DNA of 64,000 nt from the human T2T-CHM13v2.0 reference genome, Homo sapiens: the NCBI RefSeq assembly GCF_009914755.1, contig NC_060936.1. One strand, written 5' to 3'. Under the pieces are notes generated by a model that made no database searches, was not told the DNA's origin, and saw nothing but the letters and a program-made list of their open reading frames with translations. Position 1 is the stretch's first letter. Every line of letters begins with the position of its first letter. The translations under genes and the position numbers were made by a program. Shown piece after piece: positions 1-11,584 of the stretch.

Positions 1-3000
1 TCCCCAGCCAAGGGGAAATCTGCCATTCCCTGGGCTAAAAATGAAGAGTCGTCTGAGGTTTCTGTAGAGTTCATTCATATGAGTTCCATTCTCACATATT
101 TCCAATGAGAGTTTTAAGAGCTGGGCAAGTGACTGGAACACAGCATGTTAATTACACCATTCTCAAGTTCAGCTCAACCGTCGAAGGCCGAAAACTGTTC
201 CTTTCAAAGCAAAAACCAGCAAGAGCAACAATAAATAGCAAAATAGAAAAAGAAACAAACAAGCAGGGAACATACAGGGATTATATAAATGATGCCACCA
301 TTGACTCAGTTGAATCAAAGATAGTTTTCAACTGGCAGGATTGAAAAAAAAGACAAAACAAAAAATATTCCAGCAGGCTGTTAAAACTCAGCCAAGCTGG
401 CAGTACAACTTCGCTTCCAGCTTCAGATGAAAACCAGTGCATTTTTGCAGGTGCAAACTGGGCCATTTGGGCAATCAGAATAGACTGTTGAAATTGGCAG
501 CGCTGAATTCTTACAAAATCCAAGCAACAGCTTAAGCGAGGCTCATTTAGGGGCCAACACAGGGAAAGTGCGACCTTTACGGAGAGTGGTTCCTGCAGAG
601 CAGGGAGACTGGAGCTCCCGACGCTGGAGGAAGAGGCCTGAGGAACAGGCCTGTTACCCAGAGGATCTGCTCTCCGGGAGGTGGGCAGGCCCTGCGGCAG
701 GAGCAGCAGCAGCATCTGGGGGGATGGCGCTCACAGAAGGGAGGGCAGATTCCCTGTGGCCGAAGTGCTGGGCATCTAGCTAGGTTGGATGGGGCACAGA
801 GCAATAGGCCGTCCAGGCCCCCGGCGACTGTGACGGGACAACGGGCATTGGCTTAGATGGAGCAGAGTGAGGGAGGGGCCTCTGTGGGCGTTATGAAACG
901 TTAGCTCTGCAGAAAAGTCAGTGAGACTCAAGGAACTATGCCGAGGGCTACAAGGACCTTCAAAACAGGAGTTCCGCAGAGCTGAGGGCTGATGGACATT
1001 TTCTAATACTCCAGGAGCACACAGGATTAGGGCAGACACTGCCTGAAACTAACACAGAGGGTCAGCTATGACCCACCGCAGCCATCCACACACAACTGAG
1101 GCCAACAATCTGAGGGCAGCACAGCAAATTCAGTCAAAGCATTAACTATGCATCGGGCGGTGAGCTCAGCTTCTCTTAGTATCACACGTTACATAATAGC
1201 CTTAAGACTGAAAGCAGCGGTCATTCTACCAGTAAGAGGAACTGTAGACCGAAGTAAAATCGGTCAAGTCTGCGGATGAATTATAAATACGGAAAAGCCC
1301 TTTAGCTCACACCACTGGATTATCATAATTGCCACTTGTCACAAGACAAGGATGTAACCTACACAAGAAACTGAAAGTCTGAAGCAACGGAGCGCAGCCG
1401 GACCCCAGGCTGACCATTCACCTGGAGAGGAAGCCTCAGGGTTTCGGAATCGGGTCTCAAGTGGACCACGGGCATGTTAGCCTCAGCCTCCTTATCCGTC
1501 ACATGGAGAAAACAATGGTGCCTCCGCCCCGCAGGTTACACGAGGGCTGACTATTCATTGATTCCCTCCACAGGCATTTACTGAATGTTAATGAGAATTT
1601 ATCCTCGGTCATCTTATCTGCGGGATTTTGACCCTACTGCCCCGACTGACGGAACCTCGTCACATCTCCAATTCCTTCTGTGCCCTTGAGCACCTCCGCC
1701 CATCCAGGATTTGCTGGGGAGCTCCTAGGTGTCAGGCGATGTCCTACGAGTCCGACGCGCCTTTCACGGAGCTGAAGTGCCAACAGGTGGAGGTGGGCAG
1801 TCGGCAAACAGCCACATGAGCGAGCAGGCATGTTTTGGCATCAGTAAATGGGGCGACATGCCCTCTGTCTGGGCATGGAGTGGCGTCTGGTCTGAGGGAG
1901 ACTCAGTGAGAGAAATGAACCAGTTCTGCAACAACCTGGGGACCAGGCATTGTCGATAAGGGTCCCCAAGAGGGGACTGGCTTTGGCACGGTCCAGGGAG
2001 AGGAGGAAGCAGCTGCAGCATGGGGAGCGGGAGGAGTGGCAGAGGTGGCACAGCTCAAAGGAGGCCACGACTGCACTCCGGGTCCCAGCCCGGACACGCT
2101 GCACCAGCAGATTTGTGCCCAGAGTCGCTTCTACCATCGTCATGACCATTCACAGCCTGTTCTCACACCGTCCCACTCCTTGCTGTGTTGCTGGGACTTC
2201 ACTGACATGAGACGCTCCGTAAACGTCTGTTGAGTGAATGGACGCAGGGATTTGTGAATGAGCTCTTGCTCCCGGTCTCCAGGAAGCACGCGTCTCCCGG
2301 GAGAGCCTGAGGTTACCAGCAGACAGCGTGGGTCCTGGCTTGGCTGCCTTTTGCCTTTTTAAACTGTGTCTCTGCTCAGGTCCCAGAGACGAGGGCTGCA
2401 GCATGAGCTCATTGTCCCTGGATTCCGGGAGGAGAGCCCTGGGCACTTTCATCACTCATTCGTCATTCACCCATTTGTTTATTTCTCCGATTTAACAAAT
2501 GCTTTCCCTTTCACATGATCTTACGTGCTTCTCCCGACCGCCATGCAGGGCAGGAGGACAGGTGGAGCTGCCTGGGAGAAAGGTGCCTCTGGACAAGGTG
2601 CTGGGATGCAGGCCCCTGATATTAGACGCCTGAATGTCCAGCACCCTCTCAAGGGTGGTCAGGTCTGGGGGTGAAGCTGATCCCACCAAGGAATCTCTAA
2701 GTACTGCACAATGTGGCACAATCCACCTGTATTTCAGGAAAAATAAACTCCTGCCTCACATTGCACATCAAGAAAAACAACATTATAGGATGGAGGAAGC
2801 TGAGGATGAAAGCACAAAGAGGCAGGGAGGAGACCCGCAGACGGTGGGGAGGGGCATTTCCAGGACCTGGACTGAAGGAAGAGGCCAGGGGCTCCAGGCG
2901 GGCGTCTCCAAGGGGAAAATGGAATCAGAAGCCCCCCAGAGGACTGAGACTCTCTTGAGAGGAATTTTACAGCTTCAGCAGGGTATTGGGGAACAAAGGA

Positions 3001-6000
3001 ATGATGGGTACACAGAGAAGTAAGACAACAAGCAAACAAAAAAGGCAATTAACTCCAGGGAAAGGAAGAGCTGTACAAAAACGGGAGATGCTGCCGTTTA
3101 CGGAGCTCAAGGAGTTCAGCAGAAGTGCAGGTGTTGGTGAGGACAGAGGGGAGTTCTGTGTGGGACGTGGCGTCCGAGGCCCCCCAAGCAGTGGTGTCAA
3201 GCAGAGGGTGAGTAAAGGAATTGGGGCACAGTGGCATCGTCTGGCTTCCGGGTCTAAACCCGGGAGTTACCACGCAGAGGTGGTGCTGAAACCCATGCAT
3301 CTATGTGAGGTCACGAGACAGTGAGTATAGACTGAGAAGGGATGTGACTTCAGGACTGAGTCTTAGAGTCACCTGTGATGTGTAGAGGGGCTGGTGTGGA
3401 GAAGGAAACCAGGAGAGGGTGGTATCCTTGGAGGCCATAAGCTCAAACTGGGCCTCCGGGTCAAAGAAAACGAGAACAGAGAACTACCCACTGGACCGTA
3501 AGCTCATGCATGGGTGACACTAACAAAAGCCACTTGTTGGGGGTGGGGTCCCGTGACGGCAAGTTCAAGAAAGAGCTGGGGTTGCAGAAAGAGAGAAGAG
3601 GGTCACTCCTTTGAGATGGCTCCACAGCCCTCTCATCAGAATCACCTTTGGGCCTTGGAGAGTCCAAAGACGACTGGTGACTTCTATCTTGGTAGGGGGA
3701 TGAGGGCCAGTCTTCAGCTGATCCGTGCCTCATGGTGCAGGCACCACTGCCTGGTGGGGTAAGCACTCCAGCTCTGTGCCTCAGGCCCAAATTCAACCCC
3801 TGTTCCCTCCCTGGCTGCACCCCAGCTACCCGGCCTTCTTCCTCTTCCCTGGATGCGCTGGGCTGGTTCCCAAGGGGGCCTGTGTGTGCTGCTCCCTAAC
3901 CCTTGCACACTCCTGCCCCAGCCCTCGGCGTGGTGGGTGTCATCTGCTCCTTGAACTGTCACCTGTATCTAAAGTCACGGCCCCGTCAATCCGCCACTCC
4001 AGCCTCTCAACTCCTTTCACCCCTTGCCATCATCTGGGCTTACTCGCTTTTTCACTGACTTGTTCATCTTCCTTTTTTAGCCTGGGAGGGCAGAGCCGTG
4101 TCCCACTCGCAGCTGTGTTCCTGCTTCTGGAACAGCAGCTGAGTGGCTGCTTGGAGGGGCAGACGGCCGACCCCTGCTGAATGACGGTACGACGGAGCTG
4201 GTCACAAGTGCAGTGCAACGACCACCCACGTGGAAACTGAATGCAAAGATGAGCTCTGGAAAGAAGTCCCGGATCTCATTCCACTCAAGAGTCAGACTTC
4301 CTCTTCTCATGCTTAAAAACTACATCAAAGCCTCTAGAAATTACAAAATTGGCCCATTCATATTTCATCCAGTTTCTCTCCCTCTGCCCCTCGCCCCACT
4401 AGTGAAGCATCAGTGTGTCCAAAACAGAGACAATGGTGAGTGCGGGGGGATAAAGAACGCCAAGAGAACTGGACAGCACACAGAAGAGATCGTGGACGCG
4501 GAATAACAGAGTCAGTTCCAGGTCATTCTCCTTGGCATCAAATGCTTAGTAAATCTAACTCCAGGCTTCTAGAGAATGTTCTGTTGAGAGGAGACATCCT
4601 TTCCCCTTCCTGGACAGTCTCTGTGTTTCTACAGACTTATTATCTGTCTCAGACGGTCCCCGCCTGGGGACGTGGCTTCTGGAGTGTGACGAATAAGTGC
4701 AGGTGCCATCAGGCGTCGCCCGGCCACGGGAAAGGTCCTTGAGACATGGCAGGAGAACATAAGAGTAATATTCCTGCCCGTGTCCCAGCAATATCCCTTG
4801 CGGATAACATCTAATGAAATATTGCTGCTCCGGGTGCCTGCCACCTTATTATGACAGGTAATAAGGGCTGTGAAGTTCCCATCAGCGCTGGCTTAATGAA
4901 ATCTATCCTTAATACGATCTCATGCTAAATGATTAGAGAAATGGCATCAGAACTTATCTACCTGTTTCCACAAGCTCTGCTAATAAACTCTGGAGGAGAA
5001 ACGCTGCTCCGGCAGATTCCTATCGCCCCCCAGGCTGGGTGAATGACTGTGAGCCCTTTATTTTGAGATCCAAGACCTGGATAAGCTGTCGGATGGATCG
5101 AGGGGCCACCTAGGGCAGAGGAGTGGCCCATCCCAGCCAGCACCGGGCGGGAGGCTGCAGACCAGCCAGCTGCACTCTGGCCACAGGGGTGGCTGCCCTG
5201 CCAGGAGGAGGAGAGGGCAGGGCTGGGTGGGGACACTGGGCTCTGGAAGGAAATGAGATGAGACCTGTTCACAGGTCCCCACCTTCTGATTTCTTCCTGG
5301 GGGCACCCCAAGCCCATAGGCTCCGGGAGCACCACCCTCCTACCTATCTGGAGAGAGACAGCAGGACCGTGGCTGAGGACTGGAGTGGGGTGAGGTTACC
5401 TTTCTCAGTCCCCAGACCCATCACAGGTGCCCAGGAGGTAAAAATCCCAAATCACTCAGTCCTTCCTTCCCTCCTTCCCTGGTGCCTCTCTCCTTTCTCT
5501 CCTGATTTCTTTTCCTTTCTGTCTTACTCATCTTGCCTTTTTCCTTTCTTACTGGGATCCGGCTATAAATATTGCTCTGCAACTCAGTTTTCTCACTTGA
5601 TAACACATCATGCAACAGCCTCAAGACAGCAGAATCAAACCACCATGATCCTTTTCGCTGACATCACACGGCGCCTGGTGTGGATGGACCATGGTGCACA
5701 CAGCCATCACCCTTAGGTGGGCATCAATTGGGTCCAGTCCCTGTCCCCACTGCCACACAGCAGCACTGCAAGAAAACAAAACTCCTTTTGAACTGGTTCC
5801 TGTACTCCTTGCAGGGCATCGTCCAGGATGGGGGTGGCAGGGTCACCTTCTGTGTGCCCTTTTAGTTTAAACGGATGCTGCACACTGCCTTTTCCAGAAG
5901 CGGAAGCAATTCACACCCTGCCAGCCATCTCTACGCATGTGTTTTTCCCGACAACCTCACCAGCATCAGAGGTTAGAGCTTTGCATCTGCTTTCGCGTTA

Positions 6001-6197
6001 TAAAACGTGAACACAGGTCTACTTAAGAAACACCACAGCAGGAAAGCAGAAATGACTCTGAATTCTTCTGTGCAAGCAGAGAGAGGGAGCGGCCTGGGAG
6101 CCAAGGCCGCAGGTCGGCCGCTCCACCACACCAGGGATCCCCGGCCCACCCGTGGACTCCCTGCCTCGCACGCCGCGCCCGGCTGCCCGCCGCTTAC

Positions 6198-6299
6198 CTT
6201 CTGCAGAAGGTCAATTTCCTGCTGCTTGGCACTGAGAACAGCCAGGGCCTGGTCATGCTCCAACTGCAGCTGCTGCCGCCGTTCAGCCGCCTCTCGCAT
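6198..6299 (-). CDS. RIMBP2: RIMBP2 first recognised coding exon (exon 6198-6302, 105 nt; ATG at 6299-6297), N-terminal coiled coil
   Basis: Minus strand: acceptor ctctctctgtccccacag|CAT ATG CGA GAG; donor AAG|gtaagc at 6198/6197. Translation (H)MREAAERRQQLQLEHDQALAVLSAKQQEIDLLQK; phase 0-0. Confidence 0.95.
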
Positions 6300-6866
6300 A
6301 TGCTGTGGGGACAGAGAGAGGCCTGGCTGAGCAGGGCAGCCTGTGCCCATGGGCGTGCATCCTATACCCTGCACCAAGCTGGCTCTGACTCAGCCCGGTC
6401 ACTCCAGAGCAGCCCCTCACCGCCCCACAGGGCACCCACCTCCGTGCTGCCAACAGGGCTCCTCCAGAGGCGGCACTCCCAATGCGGGAGCTATGACATA
6501 AACAAGCCCCCCACCTGCCACTTCTCCTCTGCAGGTTCCAAATGCAGCGAGCATTTGAGCAGAACTCTGTCCTCATGCAAATGTGACTTTCGTCTTTTTG
6601 CTTGTTTTGAAAAAGTGAATCTCCCTCCTGTGCCTTTTTTGCCCAGGTCCTTTGTATATAACAGCAAAGGCTTATTGATGCTGCCCTGTGTGCCCAGCAC
6701 TGGTTCAGGGTTTTATCTGCATTTAAGTCATATCATCCCCATCATAAGCCTAGGAGGTAGGTTCTAGAAGTAGCCTCATTCTACAGAGAGGGAAACTGAG
6801 GCACAGGACGTCATCCTTGCCCATCGGGCAGCTGGGAAGTGGACGCCTGTTCAGAATGCAAACCCA

Positions 6867-6941
6867 GAGTCCGCACCCTCCCGGGAGCTTCCCGGCCTCG
6901 GGCCGAGTCCGCACCCTCCCGGGAGCTTCCCGACCTTGGGC
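6867..6941. repeat. 38-bp tandem duplication (2 copies)
   Basis: gagtccgcaccctcccgggagcttcccg at 6867 and 6905. Confidence 0.8.
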
Positions 6942-7481
6942 TCTGGTCCTGACTGCCGACTCCAGTGAACCAGCGCACTCAGACCCAAGAGTCCAAATTC
7001 CTTCACTTACCCCTCTGGGAAAGTCGCAAGGTGGCCCCCATCAGCCAGGCCCATTTTCTGCAGCAGAGAGGACAGAGCCGGGTTCCTGGCTCTGTCCTCT
7101 CCCCCTGACAATCCGTCTGTCCTGCTTGGAGGGGCGGTGCTTAATCCCCAGTGCTCAGGGTTTAACTCTCACCTATTTGCCCTCTGCGGGCCCTTCCCTC
7201 CCCTCTGACGGGTCTCACGAGCCCAGAGTCACCACTGGGACCCTGACAGTGAGGACCAGGCCCCCAGACCCATGAAGCTCACAGCAGTGACCAGCCACGA
7301 ACCCTGGCAGCCTGCAGGAGGAAACACATGGGAAATGACATTGGGTAGAAATGGCCACAGCGGGCGGGTGGGTAGTCACACTGGGAACAGTCACAGAAAA
7401 CATTTCCTGGGGTCCCCAAGCCACTCCTGGGGGCTTGGAAAACCAGCTGCAAAATGCTGGAATTTCATTGTCATTTCCTTT

Positions 7482-7483
<2 letters not shown>

Positions 7484-7512
<29 letters not shown>
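7484..7512. repeat. (CA)n microsatellite
   Basis: About 14 CA units. Confidence 0.95.
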
Positions 7513-7515
<3 letters not shown>

Positions 7516-7738
7516 TGGTAACTTCGTGGTCAACATTTTAAAATCTGGGTCTTTTATATAAAAGACCAGATTCCTTCAAAAATGGGAAGAGTTGGCCACG
7601 CATGCCTCCAGGAAAGGACTGAGAAGGGAGTGGGAGCTGCCCCTTCCGATGGCATATACCCCCGATGTCTGCGGCCCCACGGGCCTGCCCCCCATGTCCC
7701 CTGACATCCGAGGGCCACACAGATGACCCAGGTCCTAA

Positions 7739-8236
<498 letters not shown>

Positions 8237-8365
8237 TGAGGTCGGACACACGCGTCCAAGAGAAGGTTAACGTGGTTTCCTGAGGCCGCTGCCAACTCAG
8301 CCTGAGCTGGAAAGAGGAGCCTGGCAGGGGGGAGGCGAGGGAGTCCCTGCTGAGACTGGCAAGCT

Positions 8366-8545
8366 GTGAGGGCGGGGGGCACCCAGGCTCAGGGGGAGGG
8401 GTGTGGCCCCTCGGGAGGAGGCAGGTGGTGAGGGCGGGGGCACCCAGGCTCAGGGGGAGGGGTGTGGCCCCTCGGGAGGAGGCAGGTGGTGAGGGCGGGG
8501 GCACCCAGGCTCAGGGGGAGGGGTGTGGCCCCGCAGGAGGAGGCA
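8366..8545. repeat. G-rich minisatellite, 3 x 61-62 bp
   Basis: Unit starts gtgagggcgggggcacccaggctcagggggagggg at 8366, 8428, 8489. Confidence 0.92.
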
Positions 8546-9909
8546 GACAGGCTGATTACATTCTTCTTGCCAGTTTTCCAAAGGTAGCCCTACTGCTACC
8601 TTTTTTGCTGCCTCTGAAAGCTCCTTTCTTCTGGGAAAGATCTTGAAACAGAACCACTTTAACTGAGGGTGGGGAAAGCCTCCACTTTTCATTCTGCAAA
8701 GCGCTGTGGTTGCTGGGATATTTTGTTTGTGTTTAAAAAGTGAAGTCTTCCTCCCGGCCCGTGTTTCAGGCACGGCAACCTCACGTGCTGGTTCATCTAC
8801 ATTTTTAAGCTGAATAAACTCGGCATCCTCTCTGCTGTCTCCAGAAGAGGCTCCCAGTGAACTCAGAAGCTGGAATTACCCTGCACCCCCACAGACATCT
8901 GGGGGTTTCACTGTTGCTATGGGAACTCTCACAAGAACCCGGGATCCGGAGAAAATGGAGTTCCCCAAAACATGAACAAAACCCCATGAAACACGGGTGT
9001 CGCGGTCAGTGGCCCTCGCCAGTTCACTCTGGGGCCAGATGGGCCCCAGGGAAACACCATGCTTGTATCTTCCCACGTTTACTCCAGCTCTGAGCCTGGG
9101 CAGGCCTGGCCCTCCTGGGAAGAAGCCCTGGGTATTTGCTGCACAGCCCTCCCGAGATCCGCCCTGACACACTGCTCCCCCCGCCCCGCTGGGCTGTCAG
9201 CCCATTTGGGCCTCGCCATTTCTAACGGTCTCTTTCCAAGAGCCTCAGTTTCCCCCCGACCCCCCAAGTAGCCACCACCACCACCCACCACCCACCACCA
9301 GTTCACTGTGAGTGCAAACCAGCTGCATACATTGCAGGGCATTTTTAGGAGGACGGGGACAAGCCACCAAGACAAACTGACAGAGCCCTGGGGGATGCAG
9401 GGGATTCCCCGAGCTCCTGAGACGCTTTGGGAACTCTTCTCCAAACCCTGGCTGCCACCTCAGTGCGGTGTGGCTTTGCTCTGGTGTCAGGTTTCCCCAT
9501 GAGGGTCCCAGAGGTCCTCAGGACGGACAGTCTCTGCAGACCCTCATGAGGCCCTCCGTGTGGGGCTTCCAGCTCCAGAGAGGACTATTTCTACTCCATT
9601 TATTCATTCATTGCTTCTTCTGGATATTGGTTCATCGGACTGGATTTATTGAGCACCTACTAGGTGCCAAGAAGCTGGGGACACAGAACAGGACAAACGT
9701 GTCTTCATGAGAGAACACCCCAGAGTGGGGGCACAGTGTGAAGGCAGATCGATGAAACGAGAAGGGCCCGAGTGTGGCACGGAGCAGGATGGAGGCACCT
9801 AAATGACATCTGTGGTCCTGGACTTCAGGAGTGGCCATTTCCTACATCCTAACACCAGCCTCAATCTGATACGAGGAGGAGATTTCAGCCAGATTCCACC
9901 AGGAGAACT

Positions 9910-10035
9910 CGCTCACTCAACTCACTCAACAAATACTTACCCAAGCACTTGTTTTGTGCCAGGCACCCTGCTGGCTTCTGAAGGCTACAGCAACGCAAAA
10001 CAAAGCAAAACAAAACCAGCTCTCTTGGAGCTCAC
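9910..10035 (-). mobile_element. L2 (LINE-2) 3'-end fragment
   Basis: cactcaacaaatacttacccaagcacttgttttgtgccaggcac...ggagctcacattct matches the antisense L2 3' end pattern. Confidence 0.7.
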
Positions 10036-10901
10036 ATTCTGCAGGGGAGGGGGCACACCTCATCCCAATACACCCATTGTGTGTGTACATGTGTCAGATT
10101 CTGCAGGGGAGGGGGCAGACCTCATCCCAATACACCCATTGTGTGTGTACATGTGTCAGATTCTGCAGGGGAGGGGGCAGACCTCATCCAAATACACCCA
10201 TTGTGTGTACATGTGTCAGATTCTGCAGGGGAGGGGGCACACCTCATCCAAATACACCCATTGTGTGTGTACATGTGTCAGATTCTGCAGGGGAGGGGGC
10301 ACACCTCATCCAATTACACCCATTGTGTGTGTACATGTGTCAGATTCTGCAGGGGAGGGGGCACACCTCATCCAAATACACCCATTGTGTGTGTACATGT
10401 GTCAGATTCTGCAGGGGAGGGGGCAGACCTCATCCAATTACACCCATTGTGTGTGTACATGTGTCAGATTCTGCAGGGGAGGGGGCAGACCTCATCCAAA
10501 TACACCCACTGTGTGTGTACATGTGTCAGATTCTGCAGGGGAGGGGGCACACCTCATCCAAATACACCCATTGTGTGTGTACATGTGTCAGATTCTGCAG
10601 GGGAGGGGGCAGACCTCATCCCAATACACCCATTGTGTGTGTACATGTGTCAGATTCTGCAGGGGAGGGGGCAGACCTCATCCCAATACACCCATTGTGT
10701 GTGTACATGTGTCAGATTCTGCAGGGGAGGGGGCAGACCTCATCCAAATACACCCACTGTGTGTGTACATGTGTCAGATTCTGCAGGGGAGGGGGCAGAC
10801 CTCATCCAGATATACCGATTGTGTGTGTACATGTGTCACATTCTGCAGGGGATGGGGCAGACCTCATCCAAATATGCCGATTGTGTGTGTACACGGGTCA
10901 G
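10036..10901. repeat. 62-bp VNTR, 14 copies
   Basis: Unit attctgcaggggagggggcagacctcatcccaatacacccattgtgtgtgtacatgtgtcag; starts 10036, 10098, 10160, 10220 (after one 60-bp unit) ... 10840. Confidence 0.97.
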
Positions 10902-11196
10902 CAGTCCTAAGCACCATGGGGTCAGGCGGTCCTAAGTCCACAAATGCACGCACCTACTATGCAGCCACAAAAATTGTAAAAAATTAAAAATAAATAAATA
11001 AAAGGGGAGAAACAGAAAAAATAAACTGCTAAAAATATACTTTTACTTTTTATAAACAAAGGGGATGGGAGCTGCAGTCCTGCTGGGGGCTGGCCTGTCG
11101 GCTGAGAAGGCCAGGGAAGCCCCCCACCAAGATGGTGCTAAACAAAGGCTCACACCAGAGACAGAGCCCCACGCGGCTGTGGGTGGAAGGCGGGAT

Positions 11197-11584
11197 ACAC
11201 AGTGCCCAGAGCCCCCACCCTCACCTACACACAGTGCCCAGAGCCCCCGTCCCCACCTAGACACAGTGCCCGGAGCCCCCATCCCTCACCTACACACAGT
11301 GCCCAGAGCCCCCGTCCCCACCTAGACACAGTGCCCGGAGCCCCCATCCCTCACCTACACACAGTGCCCAGAGCCCCCGTCCCCACCTAGACACAGTGCC
11401 CGGAGCCCCCATCCCTCACCTACACACAGTGCCCGGAGCCCCCGTCCCCACCTAGATACGGTGCCCGGAGCCCCGACCCTCACCTACACACGGTGCCCGG
11501 AGCCCCCACCCTCACCTACACACAGTGCCCGGAGCCCCCGTCCCCACCTAGACACGGTGCCCGGAGCCCCTGTCCCCGCCTAGA
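11197..11584. repeat. 32-33-bp VNTR, 12 copies, alternating A/B units (about 65-bp dimer)
   Basis: A = acacagtgcccagagcccccaccctcacctac; B = acacagtgcccagagcccccgtccccacctag. Confidence 0.95.

Noticed and set aside
3272-3292. RE1 left half-site TTCAGCACCAC on the minus strand
   Set aside because: No GGACAG right half at canonical spacing.
5973-6377. 134-aa minus-strand ORF taken as a complete gene (likewise 34099-34404)
   Set aside because: Only the splice-site-bounded cores are exonic; the flanks are intronic read-through.
9803-10987. Long ORFs (394, 318 and 284 aa) in all three plus-strand frames, Cys/His-rich
   Set aside because: Artefact of a stop-free 62-bp unit whose length is not a multiple of 3. 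The ORFs are antisense to the gene and lack true zinc-finger spacing.
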